Shown here: positions 57,842-64,000 of the stretch, piece by piece
Position numbering within the stretch: position 1 is the stretch's first letter
Layout of the letters: each line of letters opens with the position of its first letter
DNA from: Candidatus Thalassarchaeum betae
Lineage (GTDB): Archaea; Thermoplasmatota; Poseidoniia; Poseidoniales; Thalassarchaeaceae
Assembly (NCBI GenBank): GCA_003193925.1
Contig: PSPG01000002.1
Location: 32,001 to 96,000 of the forward strand
Length of the DNA: 64,000 nt
Direction of reading: 5' to 3'
Made by a program: the position numbers and the translations under genes
The notes under the pieces: generated by a model
The model's database searches: none
What the model saw: only the letters and a program-made list of their open reading frames with translations
What the model was told of the DNA's origin: nothing

Positions 57842-59197
57842 CTAGACCATTCCTTGGGCCTGCATGGCCTCAGCGACCTTGAGGAAGCCGGCGATGTTCG
57901 CACCGGCGACGTAGTTGCCAGGCATGCCGTACTTCTCTGCAGTCTCGAATGCGTTCTTGTGGATGTTCACCATGATGGCCTCGAGCTTCTGGTCGACCTC
58001 GTCGCGAGTCCAGCTCATCCTGAGGCTGTTCTGGCTCATCTCGAGCCCGGATGTCGCGACGCCGCCGGCGTTGGACGCCTTTCCGGGTGCGAACAGGACT
58101 CCGTTGGCTTGGAAGCACTCTACTGCCTCGGGGGTGCAGGGCATGTTGGCGCCCTCAGCAACGGCGGTGACCTCGTTATCGACGAGCATCTGCGCCTCCT
58201 CACCGTTGATCTCGTTCTGGGTTGCGCATGGCAGAGCGATGTCGACATTGACCCCCCAGAGCCCATTCAGGTTGGGCTCGGGCTTGGAGGCGGTGTACTC
58301 GACCCCGTCGAAGTGGTCTGCGAACTCCTTGATGCGCCCCCGGCGGTTGTTCTTGAGGTCCATGATCCAAGCGAGCTTCTCCCTGTCGATTCCGGCAGGA
58401 TCGTGGATGAAGCCGCTGCTGTCGGACAACGTCACCGGCTTGCCACCGAGGTCGATGACCTTCTCGCATGCGAACTGGGCAACGTTGCCCGAGCCGCTGA
58501 TGGCGACCGTGGCCCCCTCGAACGACTTGTCCTTGGTCGCGAGCATCTCGCGAGCGAAGTAGACCAGACCGTACCCGGTCGCTTGGGGGCGGATCAGGGA
58601 GCCTCCGTAGGAGCGGCCCTTGCCGGTCAGGACTCCGGTGAACTCGTTGGCTAGTTTCTTGTACATCCCGAACAGGTAGCCTATCTCGCGGCCGCCGACT
58701 CCGATGTCGCCCGCAGGGACGTCGAGGTCTGCGCCGATGTGGCGCCACAGCTCCATCATGAAGGACTGGCAGAAGCGCATGACCTCACCGTCGGACTTGC
58801 CCTTGGGGTCAAAGTCGGAGCCGCCCTTACCACCGCCCATCGGTAGGCCCGTCAGGCTGTTCTTGAAGACCTGCTCGAAGGCGAGGAACTTCAGTATGGA
58901 CTGATTGACGCTGGGGTGGAACCGGAGGCCGCCCTTGTAGGGGCCGATGGCACTGTTGAACTGGATTCGGAATCCGCGGTTGACGTGGAAGTCGCCGTTG
59001 TCGTCGTACCAAGGCACGCGGAACTGGATGATCCTCTCCGCCTCGACGATGGCTCGGACCACCTGGAGATACTCGGGATGGGCCTGGATCACAGGCACTA
59101 GGCTGTCTAGGACCTCCTCTACCGCCTGATGGAACTCAGGCTGGTTCGGGTCTCTTGCGATTACGCCGTCGTACACTGACTTCATTGTGCTGTCCAT
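57842..59197 (-). CDS. gdhA: NADP-specific glutamate dehydrogenase
   Basis: EFHQAV, GPYKGGLRFHP, GGGKGGSDF, DVPAGDIG, ATGYG, GANIAGF. Confidence 0.97.
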   Translation of the reverse strand: MDSTMKSVYDGVIARDPNQPEFHQAVEEVLDSLVPVIQAHPEYLQVVRAIVEAERIIQFRVPWYDDNGDFHVNRGFRIQFNSAIGPYKGGLRFHPSVNQSILKFLAFEQVFKNSLTGLPMGGGKGGSDFDPKGKSDGEVMRFCQSFMMELWRHIGADLDVPAGDIGVGGREIGYLFGMYKKLANEFTGVLTGKGRSYGGSLIRPQATGYGLVYFAREMLATKDKSFEGATVAISGSGNVAQFACEKVIDLGGKPVTLSDSSGFIHDPAGIDREKLAWIMDLKNNRRGRIKEFADHFDGVEYTASKPEPNLNGLWGVNVDIALPCATQNEINGEEAQMLVDNEVTAVAEGANMPCTPEAVECFQANGVLFAPGKASNAGGVATSGLEMSQNSLRMSWTRDEVDQKLEAIMVNIHKNAFETAEKYGMPGNYVAGANIAGFLKVAEAMQAQGMV

Positions 59198-59301
59198 GGG
59201 CGTCACCAAGGCGAATGAACGATTCCTGTTTGAGGGACCGGGTGCTTGCGCGACTGAGGGGGTCCTTTTGAAGGGTGTCCTTGCCCGATGAGTGCGCGGT
59301 A

Positions 59302-59318
59302 CGGCCCCGTAGGGGCCG
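59302..59318. terminator. 7-bp GC hairpin just after the HD gene stop
   Basis: CGGCCCC-GTA-GGGGCCG; no U tract, so function is uncertain. Confidence 0.3.
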
Positions 59319-59325
59319 ATAATTC

Positions 59326-60642
59326 TCAGCCGAACAGATGCCTTTCGGCCAACTGAGCCACAGTGGACTCATGGCCGGGCAGAGTGATTACATAGGCTGC
59401 TGACTGGCTCACTTGGCGCGTCCTCAGGGCCTCTGCGATGGGCGTGTGCTCGCGCAGCCAGCGAGTGCGTCCGTCGTCGCCTACTATCCTGACATCGACC
59501 TTGGAAATACGAGGCTCGGCCAGCAGGAGTTTCACGTCCGGGACGTCTACCGCGACGTACCCGGGAGGCAGTCCTGCTCGGTTGGCCATGTCGTCCTCGA
59601 ACTGCCTGCGTGAGTCCGCATTGGTGGCGAGCTCGTGCAGGCGTTCGACCTGACCCTCGGAGAGCTCCTCCCTGCGACGACTGGCGCAGACCTTCAGCAA
59701 TTGTCGGTACTTCAGTCTGCGAATCATATCGCGGGCGTAGTCACCAGCACCCCCGAGAGCCTCCCAGATCTCTGCGTCGACCCGGCGCTGCAGGTCGAGC
59801 GAGTCAGGCATCTGGTCCGAACTGCGCTCGACGGCTCTGGACAGCATGACCTCGGTGACCCGGGTGACCCGGTGGAAGTAGACGGCGCTGTACATCAGCG
59901 CTCGAGCCGTCATCATCCCCTCGAGGGCAGGCAGGCCGCCTTCCTCTACGGCGATGTCGCCGCCGTTGCGCTCGAGGCACATGATGAGTCGGCGGTGATC
60001 GACGATACCGTGCTTGACGCCGGTGAAGTGCGAATCACGCAAGAGGTAGTCGAGCTGGTCGCAGTCAACGGGGCCGTGAATCAGATGAGCTAGTGTGAGG
60101 TCTTGGTCCACGAAGTCCTCACGGCCCTCGGTCCACGTCATCAAGGAGCGTTCGCTACCTCCGGCGCCGGGGCCGCGGATGAGGCCTGCTATCTCCTTCG
60201 GGTCCAAGCCGCGTCGCTCGAGTATGTCGTGGACCCTCTGCCTGTCGGGCACCGACGACTCCTCGCCGTCGCGGAGGACGTCGTAGTCGCCAAGGATGAT
60301 GCCCTCGGTGATCGACATGTGGTCCTTGCCACCGCGCTCGTGCAGTATATGCTCGAGCGTGTGCGAGTACGGTCCATGACCTACGTCGTGAAGCATTGCA
60401 GCGGCCTGTACCGTCGCCGTCTCGTGCTCGTCCAAGCCCAGTGACTCCGCCATCATCCCGGCGATGTGCGATGTCCCAAGGGAGTGCTCGAACCTGGTGT
60501 GGTGAGCGCCGGGGAACACCAAATGAGCCAGCCCAAGCTGCTTGATGTGGCTGAGCTTGTTCATCTCCGGAGTCCCGAGCAGATCCTCTCGGACTCCGTC
60601 CAGTCTGAACTGCCCGTGGATTGCGTCGTTGATGACCTTCAT
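59326..60642 (-). CDS. HD-domain phosphohydrolase (dNTP triphosphohydrolase-like)
   Basis: IKQLG, HTRFEHSLG, LHDVGHGPYSH, DCDQLDYLLRD, VYFH. Confidence 0.92.
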   Translation of the reverse strand: MKVINDAIHGQFRLDGVREDLLGTPEMNKLSHIKQLGLAHLVFPGAHHTRFEHSLGTSHIAGMMAESLGLDEHETATVQAAAMLHDVGHGPYSHTLEHILHERGGKDHMSITEGIILGDYDVLRDGEESSVPDRQRVHDILERRGLDPKEIAGLIRGPGAGGSERSLMTWTEGREDFVDQDLTLAHLIHGPVDCDQLDYLLRDSHFTGVKHGIVDHRRLIMCLERNGGDIAVEEGGLPALEGMMTARALMYSAVYFHRVTRVTEVMLSRAVERSSDQMPDSLDLQRRVDAEIWEALGGAGDYARDMIRRLKYRQLLKVCASRRREELSEGQVERLHELATNADSRRQFEDDMANRAGLPPGYVAVDVPDVKLLLAEPRISKVDVRIVGDDGRTRWLREHTPIAEALRTRQVSQSAAYVITLPGHESTVAQLAERHLFG

Positions 60643-60756
60643 GCGCGACCCTGCGGGGCTTCGACATGCCACCTCCCCTTGAATCGCACTATCGTCACGC
60701 TTTGCGAAGCCGGCCGGCCCCCAGTACATCGGACGCCGCAGTGGCACCCATCGTAA

Positions 60757-60790
60757 TTCAATTGTCTTTCAATTGCAATACATTCAAGTG
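60757..60790. promoter_or_regulatory. putative operator: TTCAATTG x2 plus TTCAAGTG
   Basis: AT-rich repeats containing the CAATTG palindrome between the divergent HD and RHH genes. Confidence 0.5.
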
Positions 60791-60826
60791 CCTGAGCCTA
60801 TCTGCCCGGGTCAGGAGGAACCCGAA

Positions 60827-61204
60827 GTGCCCGGCATCAGCCCAATGGTCTCGCTGAGAATACCTGAGGACCACCTGTTGGAAATCGACCATCGAGTGGG
60901 CTACGACGGAATGCGAAACCGCTCCGACGTGATTCGCCAAGCGGTGCGCAGGTATCTCTCCTCGCCCATGCCTATGATTGGGGAGAGGGTGAGGATCGAG
61001 GTCGACCTGGGGCCTGACCTGACTGTGCGAATGCGGGAGTTCTGCAAACTGCACGGCGAGTCTGCGGGCACGGTGCTGCGCCAAGCAGCCAGGGAGCACA
61101 TCCGCAGAGCCACAGTCGAGGATGCGACCGTGGACAGGATCCTCTCAATGCGCATGGACGAGCTCCGGGCGCGCTTCGATGACGATTCGAACGCTATGAG
61201 GTGA
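60827..61204 (+). CDS. ribbon-helix-helix (CopG-like) regulator, probably two tandem RHH domains
   Basis: MVSLRIP..L.EID...NRSDVIRQAVRRYL, then IEVDLG...VLRQAAREHI; GTG start after AGGAGG. Confidence 0.85.
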   Translation: MPGISPMVSLRIPEDHLLEIDHRVGYDGMRNRSDVIRQAVRRYLSSPMPMIGERVRIEVDLGPDLTVRMREFCKLHGESAGTVLRQAAREHIRRATVEDATVDRILSMRMDELRARFDDDSNAMR

Positions 61205-61465
61205 GAGATTGAGCGATGGTGGGATGCACAAAAACGCGGGGGGGCGTCCTCGACGCCCCCTCGCCCAACCTGTCATATGCGGCCTCGAGGCGCTACGAGC
61301 CCGAGCCAAACTGTCCAACGCAGCCGGCTATGATCCGAGCGAGGCTCCGCGGGGTTCTCGTGGAGTCACTCGCAAGACCGATCGCGAGCGCCAATATTGA
61401 CATTAAACACACACCGTCCCGCACATCTCGTGCGGGACACCCCCATCCCTACAGTCTGAAGTTTG

Positions 61466-64000
61466 ATGCAGGATGCTGTCATCCGGTGCCATGGACGGGG
61501 GAATCTCGGACTGGAGCCGGCTTGAGCGGCTCACTCCATTCAGGATCCGCGATGTGCTCCTGGTGGCGAGCCACTTCGATCACTACCTGCTCGAGGAATC
61601 GGGGTACCTCGCCGAGATAATGCGACGGGAGTACTCCGACCTGAGTTTCTCTCAGGCCCCGCGCATTATTCACAGCCCGGAGGCGGGCGACGCGCTCAGA
61701 CTGCTTCGCTCGCGGGACTTCGACCTCGTCATCACGATGACGAGGGTCGGGGAGATGGACGTCAAGGCGTTCGGCAGCGAAGCCAAGCGGATCAGAGATG
61801 GACTCCCTGTGGTCATGCTGAGCCACAACACCCGCGAGTTGGCGACGCTCAGCGCGGGAGACGGCATCGACCGCATCTTCGTTTGGACCGGCGACAGTCG
61901 CATTCTCCTCTCGATCTGCAAGCTCATCGAGGACGAGCGTAACGTGGAGAACGACGTCCGTGACGGGGATGTCCAGGTCATTCTGCTCGTTGAGGACAGC
62001 AGGAGGTTCTACTCGGTCTACCTGCCGCTGCTGTACACTGAACTGGTCAACCAGACAACCCGACTGATGGGGGAAGGCGGCAACCTGTACGAGAAGCTGC
62101 TGAGGCTGCGGGCAAGGGCGAAGATACTCCTCGCTTCGGACATGAACACCGCGAAGTCGATCATCGATCGCTACCATAACAACATCATCGGCATCTTCAC
62201 CGATGGCAAGTTTCCCAACCAAGGAGGGAACAGGGATACTGCCGGGCTGGAACTGATCCAGTACGCACAGGAGGGTCATCCCTACATGCCCATCCTGTTA
62301 CAATCGAAGAACCTCGAGCTCAGGGAGGACGCCGAGGCGATGGGGGTCCGCTTCCTGCACAAGGAGGACTCACAGCTGTACCACAGGATCGAGGAGTTCA
62401 TGGTCGACGAGATGAATTTCGGCGACTTCATCTTCCGCCTGCCCGATGGGACTGAGGTCGCGCGGGCCACCGACCTCGAGGAACTGATAGATGGCCTTGA
62501 GAACGCGCCGATAGAATCCATCGAGTACCATGCCTCGAAGAACCAGTTCTCGCACTGGCTCAGGACACGGACCGAATTCTCCCTAGCCGCCGGCATGAGG
62601 CCGATGACGGTGGAGGACTTCGACACCAGCGAGGGAGTCAGGAAGTACCTCGCTGACTCGGTTCGACAGCACATCTCACAGATTCGTAGGCGCACCATCA
62701 GGGACCATGACGCCAGAGTCGGGGGTGCTGGCTTCCAGAGAATCGGCAGAGGCAGCCTCGGAGGCAAGGGGCGTGGCCTCGCGTTCTTCTTCACCCGGAT
62801 GCCAGACCTCCGCCTCGGGGCGGCCTTTCCGGATGTCGAGTTCATCGTACCGAGATCCGTCGTGATCGCGACAGACGTCTTCGAGGAGTTCGTCGAGAGC
62901 AATGAACTCAGCAGGTACGCCCACGAGGACCACAGCGATCCCGAAGTCGACGAGGCATTCCTCGCCGGCGAGTTCCCGCCAGAGCTGAGAGACGAGATAT
63001 CAGTCTTGCTCGAGAACACCAAGTGGCCTCTGGCGGTTCGCTCTTCGAGCCTTCTCGAGGACTCGAGCCACCAGCCTTTCGCGGGGGTATATGCCACGCA
63101 CATGCTGGCCAACGACCACCCCGATTTGAAAGTCAGGCTCAGGCGACTGCTCGAGGCGATCAAACTTGTATACGCCTCCACGTACCACCGCAGCGCCAAG
63201 GCGTATGTGACGGCCACGCCGAACACAATCGAGGACGAGCGTATGGCCGTGGTCGTCCAAGAGCTCGTCGGCGATGAGGTGAACGGGCGCTTCTACCCGC
63301 TCATCTCGGGGGCTGCGAGGAGTCACAACCACTATCCAGTGGAGCCGCTTGTGGCAGAGGATGGATTTGCAGCCATCTGCATAGGCCTCGGCAGGCAGGT
63401 CGCCACGGGTGGCAAGTGCCTGAGATACAGCCCCGGCCAGCCGAAGAGGGTGCACCAGTTCTACAGCAACCAAGCCATACTCGACACCTCCCAGCGCAAC
63501 TTCTTCGCCATTCCGATGAATCAGGAGGATGGCTCCGTGCACCCCTCCGAGGAGGACAACCTCCTGAATCTGCGTCTGTCTGCGGCCGAGGAGGACGGAA
63601 GCCTCGCTCTGGTAGGCTCGACCTACATCGTCTCGGACGACCGCATGGTCGACTCAGTCATGGTCGATGGCGGCCCCAGAGTCGTCACCTTCGCTCCGGT
63701 GCTCAAGCACGGACGCTTCCCCCTCTCTGAGATCCTGCACCACGTCCTCACCGCATGCCAGAACTACATCGGCTCACCCGTGGAAATCGAGTTCGCTCTG
63801 TCAATCGACCGAGACTCGGGGAGTCAGAAGTTCGCCATACTCCAAATGAGACCGATGATGGAGGAGTCGGTCGACATCGACATCGACCTCGGGGAGGTCG
63901 ACCGGGACAAGGCCATATGCATCTGCAGTCAGTCGCTCGGCAACGGCGTGATAGAGGGCATCAGGGACATCGTGTACGTCCACCCCGGGCGACTCGACCG
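61466..64000 (+). CDS. receiver-like domains plus PEP/pyruvate-binding (PPDK_N) protein, 3' truncated (missing from ORF track)
   Basis: Manual translation of segments: RIRDVLLVAS.FD.YLLEE, ILLVEDS, GSLGGKGRGLAF, AVRSSSLLEDS..QPFAG.Y, MAVVVQE, EIEFA, LQMRP. Confidence 0.9.

Noticed and set aside
59198-59224. ATCGTTCATTCG upstream of gdhA resembling the 5' end of a glnA glutamine riboswitch
   Set aside because: No matching 3' GAACG strand or junction found, and the element would run into the CDS
59326-61204. HD hydrolase plus RHH as a toxin-antitoxin or anti-phage dNTPase system
   Set aside because: The genes are divergent rather than co-transcribed, the HD family is widespread housekeeping in archaea, and there is no defence-island context
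61290-61380. Faint resemblance of the minus strand to 5S rRNA (AGCCGGCTGCGTT)
   Set aside because: Lacks the conserved CCGAAC loop and terminal helix; kept only as an unknown structured region

Overview
GC-rich archaeal chromosomal DNA. Gene content points to Marine Group II Euryarchaeota (Poseidoniales): Cbf5, GPN GTPase, DGGGP synthase, archease, RtcB, DtdA, RpoE'/Spt4/S24e/S27ae, DUF3860 and giant acidic surface proteins. This assignment is inferred by recognition, not by a database search. The window is dense core-like genome with about 47 CDS and 4 intron-less, CCA-encoding tRNAs (His-GUG, Glu-CUC, Thr-GGU, Ser-GGA). I saw no CRISPR array, integrase or transposase. The most unusual items are: (1) an amino-acid ABC locus with an apparently circularly permuted substrate-binding protein and a permease fused to a YCF48-like beta-propeller, clustered with gdhA and a receiver/PPDK_N protein; (2) a cytoplasmic polyproline (PPPG-F/L), acidic protein whose first folded segment resembles the adaptin/delta-COP mu-homology domain, divergent from a GPN GTPase; (3) a long GNRA-capped hairpin leader ahead of the rpoE' operon; (4) a structured intergenic candidate ncRNA near 61.3 kb; (5) a stand-alone 21-codon micro-ORF; and (6) a lysine-less lipoyl-like domain inside a Ca-binding repeat protein. 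Start codons were adjusted by eye from the ORF track.
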